Below, piece by piece: positions 8,277 through 17,324 of a stretch of 64,000 bases of DNA. The notes beneath the pieces were generated by a model. It was not told where the DNA came from, did no database searches, and saw only the letters and a list, made by a program, of their open reading frames with translations. This DNA comes from Candidatus Omnitrophota bacterium (lineage in GTDB: Bacteria > Omnitrophota > Omnitrophia > Omnitrophales > Aquincolibacteriaceae): contig JAHFHG010000006.1 of NCBI GenBank assembly GCA_023247035.1, positions 298-64,297 on the forward strand, given 5' to 3'. Numbering within the stretch: position 1 is the first letter of the stretch; each line of letters starts with the position of its first letter. The position numbers were made by a program, and so were the translations under genes.

Positions 8277-10790
8277 TTAATTTCTATCCGCCAATTTTTT
8301 AAAATCAAAATGAATGAATTCTGTTTCCGCGGCGCGCAGATCGTCCTTTGCATTGGCGACCCAAAAGTCAGGAAAGGCATAAACGACGCTTTGAATATTA
8401 GAGGCGGGCGCCACCTGAAGGGCGATGTGCTGCGCAGTTTCCGGATCGATTTTTCCATAATTTTTGAGAATCAGTTCGCCGTGTTTCTTGTACCGGATTT
8501 CATAAGCGCCGCCCGCGGGCATTTCCAGCCCGGGTTTTTTAGGATCTCCTTTGGAAGCCAGCTGAAGGTCGCGTATTTGCGGATCCAGCGCAGGATCAGC
8601 CCGAAAGACGGCATCTTCAATGGAAAACGCATAAGGCACGCCTTGTTCTTTGGGATCTTTGTCCTCAAAAAAAGCCAGGTGGTGAGCCGTTGTCTCAACG
8701 GCAACGGCCTTCTTCTCCACGGCATCCGCGATCACGTAATTGTAGCCTCGGGTGAGCGGGCTTCTTTCGAAAATGGCCCGGGCATCGTCCAAGGATTGCG
8801 CCTCCGCTAAGATCCGTTTCAGAAGAAAAGGCATCGGAACGCCCTTCATTGTTTCATCGCGGGACATTGCGCCGATCTGGCCCACGGAAATTCCCTCGTC
8901 ATTCATTCCCGATAGAACGCCGGTGAATCCGTAATAACCGATGTTGGCGTACGTTTGCCGGCCGGGCGTGCTGATCCATTTTACGGCGGCGTGGCGTTGA
9001 ATCCCTATTTTCCGGTTCCAGTCCAGATTCCGGATTGCGATCAACCGCCCCTGAGCGGTCGCTTTTCCCCAATAAGCGCCGTTCGTGCACCAGGTCGGGT
9101 AAACCTCCGGAAGCGCGTGAATGCGCTTGAGTTGGCGAAAAGGGATATCCGCGCCGCGCGCCAGGCCGTGTATCTGTAAGTATTCGGAATAGGAAAGGTA
9201 AGGCTCCATTTTCTGCCAGGCCTGATCCAGGGCCGCATGAATAAGAAGGCGGTTGAGAAAAGGAATCGGCAGCTCGCGTTCGAAATAACCGAAAATTTCC
9301 TTCACCGCTTTGTGGATTTGTTTTTTGAGAAGGCGTCCTTCTTCAAATCCCTGGTGGTAGGAAGGCCCGTAGAGTTTAAGAATAGGAAGGCCGTCTTGAC
9401 TGCTTACTGAAGTTTGGGAATCGAATGGATATGCTTTTCCAGAGGAAAAATGCGTATCCGTTAATCCCCGAAACTTCAGTAACACGCCCGGGCGGAAGAC
9501 TTCTTTTTTCTCGTTTTCAGTCAGGAGCTTTTCCGCAAGGCGGATGGCTTGGCGCTGAATGAACCAATCCATTTTAGGGCCGTAAAAACTGACCCGCGAT
9601 TCATATTGGCGTGTATCCAAGTAATAGTTGTGAGGCACAACGTAAGCAATGTAGTCGTTGGCGTATCCGAGGATCAAAGGGATAAAACCCCGCGCCTTCG
9701 CTTCTTGTTCGACCCGGTAGCCCACCTCGGAACTGAGTTCCCCGGGGAAAGCCAGGAAAAGATACCGGCCCATCCGCACGGCCTGGAAGGCGCTGTGCCT
9801 GGGAAATATTCCGGCGCCGATCAGTGGAGGAAGCGGGACCTTGCCCAGGCGGATCCGGACGCGCGGCAATCTTCTTTTTTCAAACAAGCCCTTCCACGAG
9901 CCCTTTCCCAAGGGAACTTCTTGAAAGGATAAATTTTTGATTTCTTCCGCGATCGTCAAACCGTAAGCGGTCATGCGTTCCGTGCGGTCATGAAACGGCC
10001 CTGTTTTGGGCCGGAGGTCTCCGGCCGCGCCGTTGACAAAAAGCGAAACGGAATCGGGCGCGAGGTTTTCAAGATGCCGGTTGATGACGCCCGGGAAATC
10101 CGCAGAGTAAAGAAGATCCGAGGCGGGAAAAAGCGTCGGGTGAGCGGCCATAAAAAGCATCCACGCCGCGATTTTTCCTTTTTCGTCTTGGAAACGCAGG
10201 ACACGAAGCCTGTCCGGGAAATTCAGTTTTTCATCCATCCGGTTTTCGACCTTGTCATCGATCCGGGCTTCTCCGTATTGCGCATAGGCAAGGACGGAAG
10301 TGTCCAGAGCGGCCAGTGCCGCTTCCGCGATTTTGCCTGCGGTCATTTCGAATATTTTTTTTCGGAATTTCCCCATAATGAATCTCTGCCAGAACCTTCC
10401 GCCGATCGCGCCGGTTCCTGAATGAGTATGAGTTGCCGTGAGGACAAGCCGCTCGTCGCGCAAAAGTTTTTTCCGGTTGATTATTTTGAGCGCTTCCGCG
10501 CGCAGCTTGGCGTCAATGAAGACGAGATCCGCGGAAATAAATACGAACGTTTCCCCGTCTTTGCTGAGGGCAAGCGCCCTGGCGTAAAGGGGGTCGTGGA
10601 CTCCGGCCGAGTATTTCTTGCGGAGCCTTCCGTAGCCTGCAAGCGGAGTTCCGATCGGGGGAGTGATTTCGGTTTTGGCCTTTCCAAGATAAAAGGCTCC
10701 GCTTGAATCGGGCCCGGCGAAGCTCTGCCTGCCTGAGAAAAGGGCCAGGAGGAGGGCCGTCAAAAGGAAAATTTTGAGCTGTGTTTTCAT
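8277..10790 (-). CDS. Secreted fusion of a neutral/alkaline ceramidase-like catalytic domain with an Ntn-hydrolase (acid-ceramidase/C45/CBAH-clan) domain.
   Basis: Signal peptide. The N-terminal domain has 'KTEITPPIGTPLAGYG...GVHDPLYARAL', 'TATHTHSG' and 'ANDYIAYVVPHNYYLDTRQYESRVSFYGP', the hallmark neutral-ceramidase motifs. The C-terminal ~350 aa has 'WCTNGAYWGKATAQGRLIAIRNLDW', an N-terminal-nucleophile Cys followed by a GRNxDW motif. The start is either the TTG at 10820 or the ATG at 10790. Confidence 0.75.
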   Translation of the reverse strand: MKTQLKIFLLTALLLALFSGRQSFAGPDSSGAFYLGKAKTEITPPIGTPLAGYGRLRKKYSAGVHDPLYARALALSKDGETFVFISADLVFIDAKLRAEALKIINRKKLLRDERLVLTATHTHSGTGAIGGRFWQRFIMGKFRKKIFEMTAGKIAEAALAALDTSVLAYAQYGEARIDDKVENRMDEKLNFPDRLRVLRFQDEKGKIAAWMLFMAAHPTLFPASDLLYSADFPGVINRHLENLAPDSVSLFVNGAAGDLRPKTGPFHDRTERMTAYGLTIAEEIKNLSFQEVPLGKGSWKGLFEKRRLPRVRIRLGKVPLPPLIGAGIFPRHSAFQAVRMGRYLFLAFPGELSSEVGYRVEQEAKARGFIPLILGYANDYIAYVVPHNYYLDTRQYESRVSFYGPKMDWFIQRQAIRLAEKLLTENEKKEVFRPGVLLKFRGLTDTHFSSGKAYPFDSQTSVSSQDGLPILKLYGPSYHQGFEEGRLLKKQIHKAVKEIFGYFERELPIPFLNRLLIHAALDQAWQKMEPYLSYSEYLQIHGLARGADIPFRQLKRIHALPEVYPTWCTNGAYWGKATAQGRLIAIRNLDWNRKIGIQRHAAVKWISTPGRQTYANIGYYGFTGVLSGMNDEGISVGQIGAMSRDETMKGVPMPFLLKRILAEAQSLDDARAIFERSPLTRGYNYVIADAVEKKAVAVETTAHHLAFFEDKDPKEQGVPYAFSIEDAVFRADPALDPQIRDLQLASKGDPKKPGLEMPAGGAYEIRYKKHGELILKNYGKIDPETAQHIALQVAPASNIQSVVYAFPDFWVANAKDDLRAAETEFIHFDFKKLADRN

Positions 10791-10978
10791 GAATGGAAAA
10801 TGCCGTGAATTTTCAGACAAGGATTATGCCATAAGAAATAAGAGGAAAGGATTTTTTGATTTTTCGGAATCTCGTGACCGTAAAAATTCCTTTTGCGGGA
10901 ATCCGCCTTATTCGAAGCAGTAGCTTTTTTTAATAAAGCGCGTTAAGATCACGCCGTTACATTCCGCAAAAAGGAGAT

Positions 10979-11227
10979 TTGCCGATGCGAGTTATTCTGA
11001 TCGCCCTCTGCCTTTCCTTTGTTTTGATTTCGTGCGCGCGCCGCGGGAAACCTTCTCAAGCCGTCGACCTTAAGGCCGATACAAAGCTAGGCGCAAGATA
11101 CGATGAAGACGAAGCTGAGGACGTCCAAAAATCCCTCGAGGAGATCCGCGAAAAACAAGGGCAAGAACAAAAACGCCACCTCGAGCGTCAGATTACAGAG
11201 CCTCTAGACGAGCCGCAGAAAACGTAA
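10979..11227 (+). CDS. Small lipoprotein of 82 aa.
   Basis: Signal peptide with lipobox 'LISC', then a charged tail. It lies 3 bp upstream of the TPR outer-membrane protein gene. Confidence 0.5.
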   Translation: MPMRVILIALCLSFVLISCARRGKPSQAVDLKADTKLGARYDEDEAEDVQKSLEEIREKQGQEQKRHLERQITEPLDEPQKT

Positions 11228-11230
11228 CCA

Positions 11231-12979
11231 ATGCCTGGGTTGAATCCGATTCGGCGCAAGCTTCCCCTGATTTTTTTGGGAATCCTTTTTCTAAGCCTTC
11301 AAGCCCCCGCCGATCTTCCCGGCGCCGAAGAAAAAAAACTGACGGAGGAAGATGCCGCGCTTCGCCGCGCCGTAAGTTTTTATCGCGCCAAAGATTATCC
11401 GAACGCTCTTGACGAATTCAAAAAAGCAGAAGCCCGGGTTCCCTCTGATTTCCTGATCAAACGCTATATCGCCTATCTTTATTATTTGATGCACGACTGG
11501 GATCAAGCGATATTGAAGTTAAACGAGGCGCTTGTTTTAAAAAGCGATGAGCAGCTTTTGCGCGGCCTCTTGGCGGAGATTTATTTTAAGCGCGCTGAGT
11601 TTGAGAAGGCGGCCGAGCAATATCAGCTTATTCTCGGACAATCCCCTGAAGAGAATATGAAAAACAAAGCGCAGAAGAGGCTCGAGGAAATCTCAGAATT
11701 GAAAAAATTGTTTGCCGCCTCGCCGGAAGGCCAAATCAACGTTGCTGCCTTTATGAATTCCCAGCCTGCCCGCGATTTTTCGAAAGGAAAATTTGAAGAG
11801 GCCCTCACCGGATTTGACGATCTGGCGAAGAAGTACCCTGAAGATTTTTTAATCCACCGTTTCCGGGGAATGGCTCTGACCCAATTGGGAAGAACGGAAG
11901 AGGCCGTTAAGGCCTTCCAGGAAATTTTGCGAAAGAACCCGGATCACGTGGCGACTCATTTCCATTTGGGACAGGCTTACCTCGCAAAGAGGGATACTGA
12001 AAATGCCAGAAAAGAATATCAGTGGGTCATCGCCCATGACGAAACCGATTACCGGACGCGGGCTGAATACGCGCTTTTCAGGGCTTTCGGCGTCCAACGC
12101 GGGAGGGCGAGAAAACCTTGGAGCTTCAAACTGAGCGCCGGATATGATTTTGATACGAACTCTATTTTAAAATCCAACGATCCCCACTACACGGTAGCCG
12201 GGGATAAGAATTCGAGCCGCTACCCGATCACATGGATTGGAACCTTCCGGTTTTTGCAAAAGCCTAAATGGATCCTTACCGCCGACACCCTTTACACGCA
12301 TACGATCTACCACGATTTTCCGCACCTTAACGTTTATACGGCCGGCCCAGGCGTTTCGGCGCTTTACCAATTCTCACTTTATCATAAACCGGCCTTTTTG
12401 AATTTTCGCGAAGGCGCTACGATCACGCTCCTTAAAAACAGGTTTTACGTCTGGTCGAATACGGTTTCAGCCAATTTCATTGCGAATTTGACGAGCCGCT
12501 CCCGCACGACGCTTTCTTACCGCTGGTCCGTGAACGAATTCGATTCAAACGGAACAGATCCTGACCGGACGAGCCGGGACGGTTTTGTCAGTTACGCCGC
12601 GCTTTCGAATCATTTTTACTTCAACGCCGAAAAAAATCATTTTGTTCTCGCAGGGTATGATTTTGAGCGGCAGGACACCTCCGGGGTCAATAATATCCGG
12701 AATGCTCACGGCGGACAGCTGGGATATCATTTTCCTTTTCTTGAAAAAATTGAAGGAGAAATTCATTTCCGTTTCAGGGATCTTAACTACAAGCAATTTG
12801 CCTCGACGCCGCCCAAGCGCCGGGACGATATCTTCACTTTAACCGTAACGGTCTCAAGGCCGTTAACGTCTTACCTTGACCTCGAAGGATCCTACGTTTT
12901 GGAAGATGCCAGGGGAAAAAACAATGCCTACGAATACACCCGCCAGATTTTCAGTGTCAAAGCCACAGCTCATTATTAA
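11231..12979 (+). CDS. Outer-membrane protein with N-terminal TPR repeats and a C-terminal beta-barrel (PgaA/BcsC-like architecture, but small).
   Basis: Signal peptide and a TPR-like helical N-terminal half. The C-terminal half is beta-rich and ends in an alternating-hydrophobic beta-signal '...IFSVKATAHY'. Confidence 0.6.
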   Translation: MPGLNPIRRKLPLIFLGILFLSLQAPADLPGAEEKKLTEEDAALRRAVSFYRAKDYPNALDEFKKAEARVPSDFLIKRYIAYLYYLMHDWDQAILKLNEALVLKSDEQLLRGLLAEIYFKRAEFEKAAEQYQLILGQSPEENMKNKAQKRLEEISELKKLFAASPEGQINVAAFMNSQPARDFSKGKFEEALTGFDDLAKKYPEDFLIHRFRGMALTQLGRTEEAVKAFQEILRKNPDHVATHFHLGQAYLAKRDTENARKEYQWVIAHDETDYRTRAEYALFRAFGVQRGRARKPWSFKLSAGYDFDTNSILKSNDPHYTVAGDKNSSRYPITWIGTFRFLQKPKWILTADTLYTHTIYHDFPHLNVYTAGPGVSALYQFSLYHKPAFLNFREGATITLLKNRFYVWSNTVSANFIANLTSRSRTTLSYRWSVNEFDSNGTDPDRTSRDGFVSYAALSNHFYFNAEKNHFVLAGYDFERQDTSGVNNIRNAHGGQLGYHFPFLEKIEGEIHFRFRDLNYKQFASTPPKRRDDIFTLTVTVSRPLTSYLDLEGSYVLEDARGKNNAYEYTRQIFSVKATAHY

Positions 12980-13144
12980 TCATAACTTATTTTATATAAA
13001 AGAGTTATGACAATTTTACCTCCCCATAAAGATATCTATTAACTTATAACATTCAAGATCATCTTAAGTCATCCGCTTGTTTTAAGAAAAAATAGAAAAT
13101 ATCCTTTGTATAGAACCACAAATAAAGAAGCAAAGGAGTCCAGC

Positions 13145-14560
13145 GTGAATCAAAATGGAAAGCACTTTGAATTTGTGATTGCGGCCCTTGCGATCCTTGC
13201 TTTTCTTTGGACGGCGCCGGGAGGACTTGCTCAAGTCACTGCAGAAAGACAGGCGGCGAACCTGCCGGAATTGAACAATCAAGCCCTTCCGCAAGATGAA
13301 AAGGATCTGTTGAAAGGCCAGAAAACGCCCTTAAGCGCAGTGGAATCCTCCCCGGACTCGAAGCCGGATTTCAGCGATTTGAATGATCATCTTGCCTTGA
13401 TTTTCGATTTCAACGGGGAAGTCCGTGTCCTCAAACACGGCGCGGAACAGTGGATGCCGGCTCAGAAAAAAATGAAAATCGAGATTGGGGATCAACTTCT
13501 TACGGGTAAAGACAGCCAGGTCGACATTGCCTATGACAGCCACTTTTTGAATATCGCGCGGATCGGCGCGAACACCAAGGCGGAATTCCGCAATATCGAA
13601 CCCACGGACATTCATATGGAAGACGGCTCAATCTTCAGCGCCTTAGACGGCCTCAAAAAAGGAGAGGGCTACCAAATTTCCACCCGGACCGCGGTCGCCG
13701 GTGTGCGGGGGACGCATCTTTTTGTTTCGGATCTGGCCGGATTCACAACGGTCGCTGTTTACGAAGAACCCGGGAATCACGGAGCCGAGGTCATACAACA
13801 CTACTTAGATGCGCAGCACACTTTTGATGTCAAGGAAGGGCAGGAATTAAAAATTGGCCCGCAGGGCGCCGGCGCCTTTAATCCGATAAGCGATGAGGTC
13901 ATTAAAGCCGGGCAGGAATTTCTCGGACACCTGGAGCAAGTCGAAGTCTTGAGGGAGGAAGGATTGAACGCATTTAACGAATCTATAGAAGGCGGGATTC
14001 CGGAAGAAATGCTCAATCGATTAAGTGCGGTGGCAGATAATTATTTGGACTCCGCAGTGCCGCCTGGAGAAAACTTCTTGGATATTGACGCGCCGCCGGC
14101 TCCAGCCGTAGAAAGCGGATCCAAAGCTGAGAGCGCCGGAAAAAATGAGAATGCCGAATCCGAGTCCAATGGACCGGGAAAAGCTCCTGTTCCTTCGGAG
14201 AAGGTCGAAGAAGCAGCCCCTCCGGAACAAAATCAGGCCGCGGACTTAGAGCCCGTAACCGCGGAAGTTCTGGCCGGGAATTTTAAAGCCGACGTAGAAA
14301 ATACGCTCGAATTGAAAGGAAAAAATCCGCAGGCTTTATCAGGAGATCTAGGCGCTGACCCTACTTCTGTAGATTTTAGGCAGGATCTCTCTCTAGATAT
14401 CGCTGCTGCAACCGCGGCACAAACTGTTGACGTACTGTCCGTGATCCAATGGATTCAAGGACTGACAGACAGAGATTGGACTAAGAATCCTTGGACAGAG
14501 CAGGATTCGGCGAACTTTGCGGCGGTATGCGCGGCACATCCAGAAACACAAGGGTGTTGA
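13145..14560 (+). CDS. Secreted FecR-domain protein with an acidic low-complexity C-terminal tail.
   Basis: The GTG at 13145 gives a clean signal peptide 'MNQNGKHFEFVIAALAILAFLWTAPGGLAQ'. 'QLLTGKDSQVDIAYDSHFLNIARIGANTKAEF' is FecR-like. The tail is rich in E, A and P. Confidence 0.55.
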   Translation: MNQNGKHFEFVIAALAILAFLWTAPGGLAQVTAERQAANLPELNNQALPQDEKDLLKGQKTPLSAVESSPDSKPDFSDLNDHLALIFDFNGEVRVLKHGAEQWMPAQKKMKIEIGDQLLTGKDSQVDIAYDSHFLNIARIGANTKAEFRNIEPTDIHMEDGSIFSALDGLKKGEGYQISTRTAVAGVRGTHLFVSDLAGFTTVAVYEEPGNHGAEVIQHYLDAQHTFDVKEGQELKIGPQGAGAFNPISDEVIKAGQEFLGHLEQVEVLREEGLNAFNESIEGGIPEEMLNRLSAVADNYLDSAVPPGENFLDIDAPPAPAVESGSKAESAGKNENAESESNGPGKAPVPSEKVEEAAPPEQNQAADLEPVTAEVLAGNFKADVENTLELKGKNPQALSGDLGADPTSVDFRQDLSLDIAAATAAQTVDVLSVIQWIQGLTDRDWTKNPWTEQDSANFAAVCAAHPETQGC

Positions 14561-14610
14561 TTTTTGATGTAATGAAATAGGAGAAAAAAGTTTAATCTTA
14601 GCCGGTTTCA

Positions 14611-14643
14611 AGAGGGACGATCTAAAATCGGCCCTCTTTTTTT
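14611..14643 (+). terminator. Rho-independent terminator after the FecR-like gene.
   Basis: AGAGGGACGATC...GATCGGCCCTCT stem followed by a run of seven T. Confidence 0.6.
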
Positions 14644-14845
14644 GTTCCAGATAGACGAAGAATGATAAGGCTGCTCATAAAATCGTTACTGCGCGGGCCG
14701 GTGGGTTTTTTTGATTTTGAGGACCTTGTTAGTAGGGCGTACCTGCCTCGCTTGCCACAGGTCCGCCGAAAGGCGGGCAGGCACAGGTTGCCACCCGCCC
14801 TACACTCGCTTGAACGCAATAACAAAAACAAAAGAAGGAGCCCTT

Positions 14846-16852
14846 TTGCCCGACCTCTTCCGCGCGCTTTCAAGACCTTTCCGCGACAAGCGCACCTACG
14901 CCGAATTCCTGGTCGGGATCGCGCTTTTGGGGCTGATGCTCGCCCCGGCCTTCACTCACGCCCTCGATAATTTTGAGAATTTATTCCTGGATATGCGTTT
15001 CAAGCTGCGCGGCGAGCGCCCTTTTCCTGCCGCGATCAACCTCATTGCCGTGGATGAGGCCAGTATCGACGTGTTCGGCCACTGGCCCTGGCCCCGCAGC
15101 GTTCACGCGGAGCTTCTGGACACCTTTAGGCATCCCTCCTTCCGGCCCGCCGTGGTCGGCTATGATTTCCTTTTTGAAAATAAAAATGAGCACAATCCCG
15201 AAGAGGACAAGGCCCTCGTGTTCCGCACGCAGAATATGGAAGGCAAGATCGTCGCGGCCTATTTTTTTGAGAAGGGGCCGGGCGCCGGATTCGAACACGA
15301 CGAGGTCAAAGAAAAATACCTCGAGCAATTTGCCTTTCCGGGTTCGCCGTCCGTTCCTGAGCAGTTAGACAAGGCCGACAAGGTTTCGCTCCCCTTTAGC
15401 GAATTCGCCGCCGCCAGCCAGCTTGCCTTCGTCAATACTCCCGTGGATAACGACGGCCGGACGCGCCGCGCGCAGCTTTTGATGCGCTACCGCGGCAAGA
15501 TTTATCCTTCCATGGATTTGCTGCTTGTTTTCAATTATTGGGGAGTCCGGCTTCAAGACGTCCGGCTTGAGAGGCGGGCGATTGTGATCGAAAAAAGCAA
15601 AATCGGAAAAGTCGTGATTCCGGTTTCCGCCAAAGGCGATATGCTCATTAACTATTACGGAAGCCTGGAACACGTTCCTTCCTATTCCGTGATTGAAGTC
15701 CTCAAGGCCGTCCGGAATTGGATGAGAGGGAGTGAGGACCCGCTGCTCCTGCGTTCTTTTAAAGACAAGATTGTGATTACCGGCGTTACGGCGCTCGGAT
15801 TGGGAGACAGGCGCGTGACCCCGTTTCAGCAGTACGAATCGGGCTTAAGCCTTCACGCCCAGCTTGTCGCCAATATCCTGGATCAAAATTTTCTGGCGCG
15901 CGCCTCGCCGGAAGGTTCCTATTTTTCCCTTATCCTTATCGCGCTGATCACGACTCTGCTGACGATGTTTTTGCGGATTCCCAAGTCGCTGGCGGCTGTC
16001 TTAGCGCTGTGTCTTCTTTATTTTTGCGCGGCCTATATTTTTTTCCTCAAAGGAATTTGGATTGACGTTGCGATTCAGGAAATCACCGCGGTTGTGATTT
16101 TTATCGGGATGACTTCCTTCCGCTATTTTCTCACTCTTGAGGAGTTAAAACGCGCCCAGTCCCGGCTCATTCAGTCCTCCAAAATGGCGGCGTTGGGGCA
16201 GCTTTCCGCGGGAATTGCCCACGAGTTTCGCAATATTCTGAATGGGATCAACTTAAACGTGGAATGCTGCAGCAAGCCGGGCCTGCCTCCGGAGCGGATC
16301 CAATATTACCTTGAGAAATATAAACAGACCGCGTCCGATGCCCGGGTGATCCTGGAAAGCCTTTTGATTTTCGCGCGTAAAAATGAATCCGTAAAAACTC
16401 CGGGGAGCCTGAAGCAGACCGTTCAGAGCGCGCTTCAGCTGGTGGAAAGGGAAATGGAACGCTGTCACATTACCTTGTTCTGCGAACTTCAGGAGGTGCC
16501 GAGGATTTCTTATGATCCCGGCCAAATCTCCCAGGTCATCATTAATCTTGTGAACAATGCCAGGGACGCGTTGCGTGATTTAAAAGACAGGGAAAAACAG
16601 ATCACGCTGCGGTTGTGGGATAATTCCGATCAAATACGTCTCGACATTGCCGATAATGGAACGGGGATACACCCTCAAATTCTAAAACGCCTCTTTGAAC
16701 CTTTTGCAACAACCAAACCCGAAGGCCGGGGGACAGGATTGGGGCTTTCGGTCTGCCACGGGATTATCCGCAATCACGGGGGCGATATTACGGTCAGCAC
16801 CGCCGCGGGCAAAGGAACAACCTGGCGCTTATCTTTTCCGAAAAAATCGTGA
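14846..16852 (+). CDS. CHASE2-domain sensor histidine kinase.
   Basis: CHASE2 signature 'AINLIAVDEASIDVFGHWPWPRSVHAELL', TM helices, HisKA 'MAALGQLSAGIAHEFRNILNGI' and HATPase 'DNGTGIHPQILKRLFEPFATTKPEGRGTGLGLSV'. The probable TTG start at 14846 follows an AAGGAG. The ORF track opens at 14711. Confidence 0.8.
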   Translation: MPDLFRALSRPFRDKRTYAEFLVGIALLGLMLAPAFTHALDNFENLFLDMRFKLRGERPFPAAINLIAVDEASIDVFGHWPWPRSVHAELLDTFRHPSFRPAVVGYDFLFENKNEHNPEEDKALVFRTQNMEGKIVAAYFFEKGPGAGFEHDEVKEKYLEQFAFPGSPSVPEQLDKADKVSLPFSEFAAASQLAFVNTPVDNDGRTRRAQLLMRYRGKIYPSMDLLLVFNYWGVRLQDVRLERRAIVIEKSKIGKVVIPVSAKGDMLINYYGSLEHVPSYSVIEVLKAVRNWMRGSEDPLLLRSFKDKIVITGVTALGLGDRRVTPFQQYESGLSLHAQLVANILDQNFLARASPEGSYFSLILIALITTLLTMFLRIPKSLAAVLALCLLYFCAAYIFFLKGIWIDVAIQEITAVVIFIGMTSFRYFLTLEELKRAQSRLIQSSKMAALGQLSAGIAHEFRNILNGINLNVECCSKPGLPPERIQYYLEKYKQTASDARVILESLLIFARKNESVKTPGSLKQTVQSALQLVEREMERCHITLFCELQEVPRISYDPGQISQVIINLVNNARDALRDLKDREKQITLRLWDNSDQIRLDIADNGTGIHPQILKRLFEPFATTKPEGRGTGLGLSVCHGIIRNHGGDITVSTAAGKGTTWRLSFPKKS

Positions 16853-16895
16853 GGACGCGGCAGGCTGCGCCCTTACCGAAGAGGAGCCGCTTACG

Positions 16896-17267
16896 ATGCA
16901 AAAAAAGATTTTACTCGTGGATGACGAAATAGAAATCCGGCAATTCCTCCAAGTTTATTTTGAGGACAGGGATTTCACCGTGGAGATCGCCTCCGATGGA
17001 GTGGAGGGCTTTGAAAAATTTCAAAAAGGCGGTTTTGATTTAGTGGTCTCCGATATGCTGATGCCCAAAATGATCGGCACCGAGCTTTTGCGGAAAATCA
17101 AAGAAACAAAACCGGACCAGCGCGTGATCATGATGACGGCCGTGAAAGAAGATTCGATGGTTCAGAAGGCAAGAGCGCTGGGCTGCCAGCATTATTTGAC
17201 TAAACCCGTCCGGCTTGCAGACCTTGAAGCCAAAGTTTCGGAATGTTTCTCTCAGACGGCTTCGTAA
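16896..17267 (+). CDS. Single-domain response regulator (CheY-like, no output domain).
   Basis: 'KKILLVDDEIEIRQF...FDLVVSDMLMPKMIGTELL...RVIMMTA'. The GAGGAG RBS precedes an ATG at 16896. The longer ORF from 16695 overlaps the kinase gene and is rejected. Confidence 0.85.
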   Translation: MQKKILLVDDEIEIRQFLQVYFEDRDFTVEIASDGVEGFEKFQKGGFDLVVSDMLMPKMIGTELLRKIKETKPDQRVIMMTAVKEDSMVQKARALGCQHYLTKPVRLADLEAKVSECFSQTAS

Positions 17268-17324
17268 CCCACATTTTCCTTTTTAAATCGCTCTTCCATT
17301 GGATTTCATGTAGAATCGAGCGCT

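Noticed and set aside
14662-14970. 102-aa ORF and the long N-terminal extension of the kinase ORF (14711-14845).
   Set aside because: Arg-rich, no motif; the kinase most plausibly starts at the TTG at 14846 after AAGGAG. The TM/CHASE2 begins right there.
16695-16895. Upstream extension of the CheY-like ORF (start at 16695).
   Set aside because: It overlaps the 3' end of the histidine kinase gene in another frame. The conserved receiver begins at the ATG at 16896, which has a GAGGAG RBS.
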